A stretch of 64,000 nucleotides of DNA from Octopus vulgaris. Taxonomy: Eukaryota. The notes beneath the pieces were generated by a model. It was not told the origin of the DNA and made no database searches. It was given only the letters and a program-made list of their open reading frames with translations. Positions 49,374-62,200 of this stretch are shown here, in pieces (the first letter of the stretch is position 1; every line of letters starts with the position of its first letter). The translations under genes were made by a program, and so were the position numbers. The stretch is from positions 82,584,001 through 82,648,000 of the forward strand of contig OX597816.1 of the NCBI GenBank assembly GCA_951406725.2, given 5' to 3'.

Positions 49374-49590
49374 GCAGGGGTTCTCAGCCATTTTTTTTTT
49401 ATCTATGGACCCAATGATTACTATTTTATTCTGGTGGACACCTATAGCCATTCGATGGTTAAAAACTAGTTCTATAGGAACTTCTTTCAAAATTCGTATT
49501 TTGTTTTTCACACATTAACTTATATAGGATGAACTGTGTAAACTGCTAAAGAAACCTAGCTGTTTCTTGCAATGCATACATCGAAAGCAA
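49374..49590 (+). mobile_element. hAT-type MITE fragment
   Basis: Terminus caggggttctcagcc; second copy at 15310-15452. Confidence 0.55.
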
Positions 49591-50111
49591 GTATTGGAAA
49601 AAATGCCTCGAGGAATTTATTCCATCGCAGTCAAATATGCCTTTCATCCATTGTAGAGCTGAGTATATACAATAAACAACCAGTATATTACTGATGTTGA
49701 TGATACTGGCTAACCTTCTTTACTCAAAACTGCTGACCTTGTATTTAAATCAGAAACAAATATTAATTAGCCAGAACAGCAGCACGTATGACTCGCTCTC
49801 AGATGGGTGAGACCGATGCGGTTGATGCAGTTCGAACTTTTCTGTAGATTCTGACTAGATGGTTTAGTAAAAAGTGGTCTAATATATTCAAATGGCTTCA
49901 GCTCCATTTAATTTCATTTAATAAAAGTCAATGTATGCTTAGAAAAACAGTACCCAAGAAATAGTTAGGTAACATTCATAGAAAAATTCCACGGTAACGA
50001 CATTGAATGAAATAAATAGAAGATCGAACGAAGGGAGATAACCTTGCTTAAAATGTTTCACTTCCTCTTCCTACTACTCTTCCTCCTCCACACTGCCGCA
50101 TAAAAGCGAAA

Positions 50112-50210
50112 ATGGCTTCTGATTCAAGCGATGGTCGTGTACAGAAAATGGAAGTGGATTACTCATCCACCGTCGATGAAAAAGTACCAAAATGTGAAAA
50201 AATGGCCAAG
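50112..50210 (+). CDS. PSMD12: PSMD12 exon 1
   Basis: [33 protein letters not shown] then GT. Confidence 0.95.
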
Positions 50211-53200
50211 GTAAAAAAAGAAGAAAAATATAAAATCATTATTGTTGATGAAACTTTTATCTTATCGTTGTTTTTACTCCTCTGCAAACCTGTGAACGTT
50301 GTACGTTAAGAGTTATCTTCCGATTTTAATGTAATATAGCAAAATGCTTTGTCATACTTATGCTCCAAACAACGATACATTCTTTCTATTCTATATTTAT
50401 AGATGTATAAATGCTAGTGTAGACATGAATAATAAAATAAATAGATATAAAATCATGTGCCTTCCATGCAAAAAATTTACTTGTTTTATCATCTAAAGAT
50501 TCTTCCCTCGCCTTTTCTGTAAAGTATTCTAAAAATCATTAACCAGCGATAGACAGACTAGGTTGTAAAATTGCCGGTGAATTGAATATAATCTGATATT
50601 CGATTCCTGGTTGTGTAATTGTAATCACATCACATGGGTTATTAAAATGAATTATTGGTTCTTCTATAAATATGGGGTCTTGTAGTCACGTAAGACTAGT
50701 TTGCTGTTTAACTCCAGTTCAGAACCGACCGCTTACCATCCCATTTTGTATCTATGAAAGTGTATCTGTGGCTATGTTATACAATGTAACGGTAGTCTTG
50801 TATAATCTGCGTCTCTGTTACAGGAATTAAAAAGAAGAAAGAAAAAAAAAACCCTCTTTAATAGGTGCAAAGTATCCGTCCCTCTTTTTTTTCACAGGAA
50901 GGGTGCAGTATGAAGTAGATTTTGCCAATATTGTAGCAAGTTGAGTAAACTACGAACAGACATGCATGTCTTTGTAAACATCAAAAAAGAAGGCATTCTT
51001 TCGATATAACTCGACAAAATCAAAACATTTCACTTTGGGTATTTCCGTGGTTTGTGGAGTATAGATATAACGAAATTATGCCAGCAGTGTCTCATTGTAA
51101 ACTTGAAGAAAAAATGCCTTTCATATTTATTCTTAACTCTTTCATGTGTATGTAAAATCTGCAAATTTCCAAGCAGAAAACAGAATCGAACTGTCATTTG
51201 CTTCCACGGAAATACCCGAAGTGAAATGTTTTGGTTTTGTCGAGTTATATCTAAAGAATGCCAAAAAGAAAAAATCTTGTTCGTGTTGTTTAGGTCCAAG
51301 CCAGTCCTAGTCGAGAAAGTCTGTAATCAAAAGCTTTCCAGTTGTGACCATCTGTCTATTTTTTAGACACACTTTATCTCAGACCACATAATCCAGTGTA
51401 TTTCCTTTCGTTTAAGGTGGTGGTATTTGGTTGCTATATGTAGGAGATCGAACGACTATATAAAAGTCCCATTGTTGTAAATGTAATGATGAAATGAACA
51501 TGTAAATATTTTTTGTTCTGCTATTTCCCTTTTGTACTAGTATTCTTAGTAAATTGTAATGTGACCTTTTACTACTTTTTCAGCAAGGAAATCTGACTGA
51601 GGCCATAGATATGTTATTGTCTTTAGAGAAACAAACTCGAACTGTAAGTAATTCCGTTCCTAAAAATTCTTTTTAACAAAATATAATACAACTTTTGTCT
51701 GTAGCAGTAGGTCCTCTCTCTCTCACTCACTCACACACACACAGAGGTATTGCTGACCGGTTGAGAAATTTGCTTCATAATCACGTGGTTTTGAGTTTAG
51801 TTCCATTGTGTAGCATCGTGAGAAAATGTCTTCTGCTATAGCTCCAGGTTGACTAAAGCCTTCTGAGTTGATTTTAGAGGTGGAAAATGAAATAAGACCA
51901 TCGTGTGTCTGTGTAACTTTATTTCTTTGTACTAGCTGTAAAGAAGCATTGTCATCTTACAAGTAGTGTCATTTGTTTGCAGTCTTCAATGAAAACATAT
52001 CTAGCCATTGTGCTGTTCATGTTCAAAGTAATAGAGGAAATATTACCTTGCTTGGAAACAGTTTGGTGTTGGCATCTAGCTGCAGAAAATCCACCTCAAC
52101 AAATTTCAAGTGACTCCTACAAGTAAGCAAAAGTTGATGCTAAAACAGTAATGATGGTATGAATAAATATACACATATGTGCATGCTTTATACAGATGTA
52201 AACACATCATCATAATTTAATGTCTGTTTTCCGTGCTAGCACAGGTTGGATGGTTCGACCGGGGTCGGGGAAGCCAGGAGGCTGCACCAGGCTTCAGTCT
52301 AATCTGCTAGTGTTTCTACAGTTGGATGCCCTTCCTAATGCCAACCACTCTGTGAGTGTAGTGGGTGATTTTTACGTGCCAGGGGAGGCTGGCAGTGACC
52401 ACGATCGGTTGGTGCTTTTAACTTGCTCGTCTTTATATGCAATGCTAGTCATATTATATAAAATTTCAAATTACATGATGAGTGCTGTTCCATATGACTT
52501 TAGCAGGAATCTGAAGTACATTTTTTTCTTATAGCATTATAGGAAACTTTTGTGATTTTCATTTGGTGCTGTATTCAATGAATTTGAAATGCTTCTTCAA
52601 ATATGCCATTACAGCTACACATACCTTAGAGAGCAGGGAATATACATTTACGAAATTTGAAAATATATATATTAGTTGCCATATACTTTATATTAAGTTA
52701 CTATGTATTGCATATTTTAGTAATTTACATGCAAACATTCATGCAAAGGTGTTTGAATGTAATTGTGATTGACTATAAATATGTTTGTCTCTGTGTGCTT
52801 ACATACGAGTGTCTGTGTTTCTCAAAGTAATCAAATCTAAATATTTATTTTATCTTTCATTCACCAAGGGTGCTGATACTCACTCAACCAGTAGGATTTT
52901 GGTAGCCATAGTGAAGCTTTGCTTTGATGCATCTAACTGGGGACTACTTAATGAACACATTGTGCTACTTACCAAGAAGCGTGGACAAATCAAACAGGTA
53001 AGCAGATAAAATCATTATGAAGAGGTTATAATGTCAGAAATGATAGAAGGCCAGAATAAATGCTTCACAGTATTTGGTTTAATCTCTGTTTCAAGTTCAA
53101 ATCCTGCTAAAATCATCTTTACTTTTTAACCTTCCTCCAGTCAAGGACTGGTGTTCAATTTAATTGAATAACATCCTGCTTTATTTGTCGTCTTGTTAGA

Positions 53201-56200
53201 AATATTATTTTTGTTAAAAGTGATAACAAGGTGAAATAATGGAACACTGAACTAAATAACTTGTAATATTTACTATGAGTTCTAAGTTAATGAGCTAGCA
53301 GGATCATTAGCATACTGGACAAAATACTTAACATTTCATCCATCTTTGTGTTCTGAGTTCAAACTTCATTAAGGTTGCCTTTGTCTTTCATTCTCTCAGG
53401 GTTGATAAAATAAGAACCAGTAGATCACTGGGGTTGATGTAATCGACTAACCCTCTTCCCATAAATAGCTAGCCTTGTGCCAAAATTTGAAACCAATATT
53501 TACTCTAAGTTCTGAGATTAAATCCTTTTGGGTCAATAAAATATATACCTTGTATGTAATGAAGTTGATTTAATTTGTGTATTCCATTGCAAGAAACTAT
53601 TAGTATTGTCTTTCAGTTTATTTATGTATCTGTTCAGTTTTACATATCTTAATGGACTGTTATAATCAATTTTGGGTTGTGGTTGAATTCTTACAGCATA
53701 TATATATATATATATATGTGTGTATATAGAGAAAGGGTGTTAGTGTGTCATTTAAAGATGCTCATTTCTGAAAGTCTGTCATTTAAGTTTTTTTTTTTTC
53801 CTTCTATGGCAGAATATTCCTAAGGATATAAGTTCTTCTAAAAGAACTATTTTCTTCAATTGGGTTGTTCTATTGTAGTTCTATTTTTCATACCCAGTGC
53901 CCTTATTAATGATCCTTATTATCATTCTTATTGTTGAATAGGGCAGTGGATTGACAGGATCTTAAAAGTGTCAGGCAATGCCCTGTGATATTTAGTTACA
54001 TCTCATAATCTGAGTTCAAATCTTGCCAAGATCAATTTTGCCTTTCGTCTTTTTAAGGTCAATAAAGTACCAGTCATGTACTGGAGCTAATGGCATCGAC
54101 CTAATCCTTGCCACCAAAAATTTCAGGTCTTGAATCTATATAAGAATCAATTCTTAGTGAGTATTAGATGAAATTCTTTGTGGTTTTCAGTTTGATCATT
54201 TTTACATTTAGTTCAAATCCCACTGAAGTCAACTTTGCATTTTATTCTCCTGGTGTTCATAAGTTCCAGTTAAATACTGAGTTAATTTAACTATGCCCAC
54301 TTCCAAAATTTGTTGATTTAGCGCCTGTTATAACAATCATCATTTAATGTCCAGTTTTCCATACTGGCATGGGTTGGATGAGTTGGCAGGGGCTGCAAGC
54401 CAGAGAGCTGCACCAGGCTGTTTTGGCTTGGTTTTTATGGCTGGATGCCTTTCCTGACACTATTTTACAGTGTGTACTGGGGCCTTTTTTTATATGGCAC
54501 CATTGTTATTATTAATGAGTTGGTAGAAGCAGTGTTGGATCAGAAACTCTTACAAAATTGCCCTTTTTTGTGTAAATTATAATAATAATTTTTCATATTT
54601 ATTTGAAAACAGGCTGTAACAAAAATGATTCAAGAAGCTTGTACCTATGTTGAGAAAACTCCTAACCAAGAAGAGAAACTAAAGTTGATTGATACCCTTA
54701 GAACTGTAACTGCTGGTAAGGTGAGTAACTATTGTTTTTGTATTTCCACCTTCTACTTATTTTTCCACCTCACAATCCCCACAGATCGTTTTGAAATAGT
54801 CAAAATAATTTCACAAAACTGGTTACTTTGAACTTTTGCTATGAACAGGTAAGTTGTTACGATGTGAATCTTTGACCAGAAAGATTGACAGCTCATAATC
54901 CTATTCACTGTTAGTGAACTAACTGGATAAAAAATGTTCTTGTGGATCTGGCATGGTTTGTCAGCTCTTAGGGCTTGAATCTAAATTTATTGCAAGTGTT
55001 CCATTGTTGTTATTTATTCTCAGGTCAGCTTTAATTGAATACTTCTATGATCAAAGGCTTTTTTTTTCTCTTTGTGTATTTTGTGTGTCTATTTTGGACT
55101 ACATTGTCTAGTGTTTTATACTTTTTAAGGGAGTAAGATGTAATTTAAAGAAGATTTGGCTGCTATTTCTAGCAGGTTGAGTGACCGAATTTATACCCTA
55201 TTTTTATATAACTTTCACTTGTGTTACTTCAGATTTATGTTGAGATTGAGAGAGCTCGCCTTACTCGTATCTTAGCCAAAATCAAAGAAGATGAAAACAA
55301 CATAAGTGAGGCTGCCAACATATTACAAGAACTCCAGGTAATGATAATTCCTTTCTTCTCTTTTATGTGTTTATTTTATCTTAGATATATTATTTGGTCT
55401 GCTCTCCACTGACAACCAAATAATAGTAGTATATAGAATTCAGTACTGATTAATTTTGAGTGTACCTAAATCATTAATGAGGTAAGCAGTATTCAGTTAA
55501 AACCAATTTATTACTATTCATCTTCACTAATTATGTTGAGGATATGACCATCATCATCATCGTTTAACGTCCGCTTTCCATGCTGGCATGGGTTGGATGG
55601 TTTGACTGAGGACTGGCAAACCAGTTGGCTGCACCAGACTCCAATCTGATCTGGCAGAGTTTCTACAGCTGGATGATTTTCCCAATGCCAACCACTCTGA
55701 GAGTGTAGTGGATGCTTTTACATTTCCTTTACATCAATGGCTATTGACTTTTGTTCCTCGGTCATTTATTCCTTATTCCCTTGCAAAGATATATTAGATA
55801 TTCTTTATATATTAAAGTTTGTGTTACTACTAAAATGATATCTTTAAGACAGCATATTAGTGCTAATATTATGCTAGGAGAAGGTAGTAAGCTGGCAGAA
55901 TTGTCAGCCTGCTTGGTGGAGTGCTTAGCAGAATTTCGTTTGTCTTTATATTCTGAGTTCAAATTCTGCCAGGATCAATTTAGCCTTTCATCCTTTCAGG
56001 GTTGAAAAAATAAGTACTGGTACTTATTTTATTGACAGAGCCCCTCCCCCAAACCTGCTGGCCTTCTTCCAAAATTGGAAACAAATTTACTAGGGGTATA
56101 CCAGTAATATGCTGTGTTCAGGTCAATTGGGTTTTTTTTTTTTTATATATATGTTGTCTGAAGAAGTATTATTAATTGACAAAACTGCCCAGAATTCAAA

Positions 56201-59200
56201 CAATGATTTTTTTTTTGTTTTCTTTTCAATTATTTCCAGGTTGAAACTTTTGGTTCCATGGACAAAAAGGAGAAAGTGGAATTTATTTTGGAACAGATGA
56301 GGTTGTGTTTGGCCAAGAAGGATTACATTCGCACCCAGATCATCAGTAAAAAGATCAGCACCAAATTCTTTGAGGAAAAAGACACTACAGTATGTGAGAT
56401 CTCATCCATTGCTACTAAATTTTTCCCCTTGAATGACGATGACTTCTGTTGTTGTTTAGCCCCAGTTCAACCTTGATTGTGCAGACTTAAGAAATATATC
56501 ATTCAAACCATGACCATCATGTTCTTTTGTATATCTAAAACCACTTTGTCCAGTGTAACCTTTTTTAAGGTAGTAGGTGTGATCTGAGTGCTATGTCTAG
56601 CAGGATACGTTACAGCATAGAGGTACTTCAATGGCTTGTACTGCTGTTATTTCTATTTCACTCTGTTACAATAATTTCTCCATGTATTTACATTTCTTGA
56701 TTTGGAGAAGTCCTTTAACAAAGAAGTCCTTGTAATCTGGTGGTGGTTAAGGAAATTGGGAATATAATCCATGTACAGATGCACAGTCAGCAATTAATTT
56801 AACAAATTTATCTTGCAATTAGGAGTTTATCAGGATCCAATTCTTAGCTTTCACCTGTTTATTTTAGTCCTCTAACCAGTAAGAGAATAGTTATAGACTG
56901 GAGGACTATAATAAATATTTTGATACTATTTAAAATGTGATCACCTTTTCTTGTTGATCTGTATTCACTTCATCTAGAAATTTTTTGTATATGTTGCATT
57001 ACAAGATTTTTCATATCAAAGACTCTGAATTTCATTTCATTCCGTGAAGAAATTTTTCCTTACTGGATATTAGCTTTTTCATAAGATAAGAGTTCTTCCT
57101 TAGCAGAGACTGTCTCTTCTTCTCAAGAGGTGTAACCCACCTTATATTCCTATAGCTTTATACATAATACACCTGTGTTCTGAATATGCTGACAGCTTAG
57201 TTCTTACAAACTGAATTTATTGAACATTTAAAAAGAAATTCCAAACCAAGAATTAAAAAGCTTCAAAGTAAACTTTGCAAAGATGAAAGTTTTACTAAGA
57301 AAGAAGACAGAAAAACAGTAGGTTCAAATTCTATACAGTGTGGCTGGTGTGGAATGACCAGCAGATTGATAGAGAAAAGAGACTTTGTATGTGATAGATG
57401 CATAGAAGTGGTCAATAGGAAGAATATATATAAAATAGATACCTTCAAATGTTTGGAAGACTTACTAGAAATAGTCGATAGCTCTTGCTACCTAAGTGAT
57501 CTAATTAGTCGTATAGGTTTGAGTTCCAAAATCACAGTAACCAGAAGAAGAATTAGTTGAAGCTGTTACTTCTACTGGCAACAACTGATTTTTCTCTCTG
57601 AAGGGAAGTTTATATAATGTTTGTGTACAAAGTGCAATACTTCATGGTAGCAAAATATAGGCCTTCAATGCAGAAAAGTAGCAAAGACCAGAAAGAAATG
57701 AAGTACTCTGATCTTGTTAGTGTGCATGAATGATAAAGTACTAATGATCTAAAAGGAAACCTTAATTTAAGAAGAATCAGAAATGTTATTTGAATCCCGT
57801 TAGTTTCATTTTTGTTCACAGCTATTTTGTTGTAATCAATACCATATTTATCCATCATCATCATCATCATCATCGTTTAGCGTCCGTTTTCCATGCTAGC
57901 ATGGGTTGGACGGTTCTACTGGGGTCTGTGAAGCCAGAAGGCTTCATCAGGCCCAGTCAAATCTGGCAGTGTTTCTACGGCTGGATGCCCTTCCTAACGC
58001 CAACCACTCCGTGAGTGTAGTGGGTGCTTTTTACGTGCCACCCGCACTGGTGCCAGACAGAGCTGGCAAACGGCCACGAACGGATGGTGCTTTTTATGTG
58101 CCACCGGCACGAGGGCCAGGCGAGGCTGGCAACGGACACGAAACGGGGCGGTGCTGGCAACGGTCGCGAAACGGAAAGTTCTCTTACATGCCACCGGCAC
58201 TGGTAACACATCTGCAATTTCCATTGATCGATTTCCATTGATCGATTTCGATTCTGATCCTCACTTGCCTCAACGGGTCTTCACAAGCAGAGTTTTGACA
58301 TGCCACCGGCACTGGTAGCACATCCGCAATTTCCATTGATCGATTTCGATTCTGATCCTCACTTGCCTCAACACGTCTTCACAAGTAGAGTTTTGTGTCC
58401 CAAGAAGGGAAGGTATGCATACGTAGGCCGGCTCCATCCCATGTAGAAGGCCACGGGTTATGGACTCACTTGTCCTGCCGGGTCTTCTCGCGCACAGCAC
58501 ACTTCCAGAGGTCTCGGTCTCTAGTCATTTCCTCAGTGAGACCTAAAGTTCGAAGGTCGTGCTTCACCACCTCGTCCCAGGTTTTCCTGGGTCTGCCTCT
58601 TCCACAGGTTCCCTCAACCGCTAGGGTGTGGCACTTTTTCACACAACTATCTTCATCCATTCTCGCCACATGACCATACCAGCGCAAACGTCTCTCTTGC
58701 ACACCACAACTGATGCTTCTTAGGTCCAGCTTTTCTCTCAAGGTACTTACACTCTGCCGAGTGTGAGTACCGGCATTACACATCCATCGGAGCATACTGG
58801 CTTCATTTCTAGCGAGCTTACGCATATCCTCAGCAGTCATGGCCCATGTTTCACTGCCATGTAGCATGGCTGTTCGTACACACGCATCATACAGTCTGCC
58901 TTTCACTCTGTGCGAGAGGCCTTTTGTCACCAGCAGAGGTAAGAGCTCTCTGAACTTTGCCCAAGCTATTCTTACTCTAGCAGTTACACTTTCAGCACAC
59001 CCGCCCCCGCTGCTGACTTGGTCACCTAGGTAACGGAAACTATCAACTATTTCTAGTTTTCTCCCTGGAAAGTGACGGAAGTTGGTCTCAGAGCATTTTC
59101 AGTGTTTATTGTTCCTGAGCATCTGCCACATACAAAAACCATCTTCCTAGTTAGCCTTCCTTTGACATTGCTGCATCTCTTATGTGTCCATAGCTTACAC

Positions 59201-62200
59201 TTGGTGCATCTTATAGAGTTTCTACCTACACCTTTTCTACAGATCGAGCAGGGCCATCTACCTGAAGGTGTTTGTGATTTGTCTACCTTCCTACTGATTA
59301 CGACTTTGGTTTTAGCTAGATTGACTCTGAGGCCCTTTGATTCTAATCCTTGTTTCCACACCTGAAACTTCTCCTCCAGTTCTGATAGCGACTCAGCAAT
59401 TAGAGCAAGGTCATCAGCATAGAGGAGCTCCCAAGGGCATCCTGTCTTGAATTCCTCCGTTATTGCCTGGAGGACTATGATAAATAGGAGGGGGCTGAGT
59501 ACTGAGCCTTGGTGGACTCCTACCTCTACCCGGAATTCTTCACTGTACACATTTCCAACATTATTTATATATAATTATTACACAAACACACACACACTCA
59601 AACCCATTCATCTCAGGGTCTTGAATTGAGAAATTCTTATACCTAAACATGTATATTTATATAATTAATTATTTTTATTTCATTGACAGGATCTAAAGCT
59701 GAAATACTACCAGCTGATGATAGAACTTGATGAACACGAGGGATCATACCTTGCCATCTGTAAGCATTACCGAGCAGTTTATGACACCTCTGCCATCCAA
59801 GAGGACAAAGAGAAAATGGCATCGGTGAGAACGCACTGGCCTTTCTTTTTTTTTTTTTGTCAGTATTACTGTGGTGTGATATGCTATACCTGATGCTAGC
59901 TAATCAACTTTCTGTACTGTGAATTTGGTAATGTTAAATAACCCACTTGTTTGTCCATAAAAGATCATGGTTTTTCATTCTTCATAGTAACACGTTGTTT
60001 GTAATTTACCCCCTGACTGGCTCCTGTGCCAATCTTGACTATTAATTCTGCCATGAAGGGAAACCATTGGGCTGGCAGATTTCCAAGATATACCCCTCCC
60101 CCCCAAGATCATCACAGATCCTTCTCTATATTCAACAGTTGGAAGAAGGCAGTCTGGATCAAATGCTTTTGGCTCTCTCCACACATATACGCGGCTGGTG
60201 GACGGAAATAAGGTAAAGGATGTCTCGTCCAAGAAAATATTATTCTTCCACTGCACTAGGGACCAATTCTGTAGGTTTTTACTCCACTCTAAACACTTTG
60301 CAATGTTTGTTTTTAAAAGTAGTGGTTTTCTGATTGCAGCCCTCCCATGAAATCTGGCTTTGTGCAGCTACTGGTGAACAGTTTTTGTGGAAACTGAGTT
60401 CTCAAGGTGGTCGTTAATCTCTGCAGTAATTTTGGGAGTTGTACTTTATCAAATTACTGAAGACTGAGTTTTTTTGTCATGTCTTTCAATAATGTCACTA
60501 ATTCTTCTCAGGCTTCTTTTTGTGTGACTTTTTCTGAGTTAGATGTTATTTTCGTACTTTTACACATCTTTGATAGTATATGAAAATAGGAATCAGATAC
60601 ATAGTTGCCTGCAAAACTTTTTAGATAACAAAGGAAGAATCAGGATAATTAGAATTTTTAACTGTATTTTTTTTTTCTTAAAATTTCAGGCCTTGAAATG
60701 TGTTATACTTTACCTTATTTTGGCTCCATATGACAATGAACAGTCAGATTTACTTCATAGAATTGGAGAGGAGAAGAATCTTAATGAAATTTCTAAATAC
60801 AAGTAAATATATATTTGGTTTTTGATTTTGAACAGTTTGCTTTGCTTTCTCATTTTCTGATCATCTCTCTTTCTTTCTCATTCACCCAGAAGATAAATAT
60901 ACAAACACATTAATTTTATGACCTGACTTTATACTTCTCCTTTTTGCTTTTATAGAGAGCTGCATAGTTTGTTTACAACAAGTGAACTTATTTACTGGAA
61001 ACAGTTGTGTGCTGATTTTGAAACTGAATTGAAAGAAGGTTCTAAAGATTGTCCAGCTACACATGTTTTTGATGTTAACTCTCCTGCTTCCAAAAAAAGA
61101 TGGCAGGATCTGAAAAATCGAGTTGTAGAACATGTAAGTACTGTAGTTTTTTTCCATATTTTTCTCTTAATTATTAATGTAGCAATTGAGAAAAATCAAT
61201 GAGTGCTCTGTTGTATGTGCAAAGTCCAAGTACAGTTAAATTAAGTGGCTGTATATTAAATATTTATCTTTGTCTGCAATAGAGATAGCTGTACATGTGT
61301 GTTGGTTGAAAAAGTGCTGTGATACAACAATAGAAATAGATTGAGAAAGATTTTTGAAGAAATAGTTAAGGATAATCCATTCACAATTGTTGGGAGTGTA
61401 ATACAAAGTCCTTTAAACCATTGTAATGGTTTATATTTATCTGCTGAAATTAGCATAAATTGATAGGTAAAGATTATGACCAAGTGATAGAATGTGAGAC
61501 TTGCAAATGTACCATCTTTTTTATTTGAAAGAAGGGACTGTGCTTATGGCTGATGCTTCTCTTGAACAGTTGCAAGTTGAAGGTTGGAGAAAATGTTCAG
61601 GGAGGGTATTTCAGAGGGCCAATGTTTTGGAAGTGAAGTCCTTGAAGAGTGGCTTGTATGTAGTCTTGGAGAGGAGGTCAATATTATTGACAAGAGTAAG
61701 AGAGATGTGTGAGTTCGTATTTGAGTGGAAGTTGCATGAAATCACCTAGCACTGAGGAGCTGAAGTACTTTCTGTTCAGTATTTTCTGGCTTTAAAGAGG
61801 AAGGCTCCTGTTTGTGATATAATTTTGGCTGTATTGAGGCCATGTGTTTGCCAGGAGAGATCTTCAGTAATGTCAAGGTCTGGTATTTGAAGCCAACTTC
61901 AGGTGCCTAGTTTTATGTTGATTGAGGGTAGGATAGAGATTAGTGATTGTGTCTTGGTACTTTTGAAGGAGACAAAACTGAGTCAAACCCTGAGGTAACC
62001 AGAAGTTATAGAATGGGGATCTGCAAGAGCTTCAGCAGTTGATGCTACAATGATGCAATCTGACATGAACCTACTGATCTAAATGATGAGACACATGGAT
62101 TCTAGAAATGGATAGTTTACTTGTGTGTCAAATGGGATGATTAGGAGGTAATGGGAAAGTGCAGATAGCTGACTCAATAAGATATTGAATAATTAATCAA

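Noticed and set aside
57840-59575. TSD for the young RTE (tatttat on both sides)
   Set aside because: Too short and AT-rich to separate from chance.
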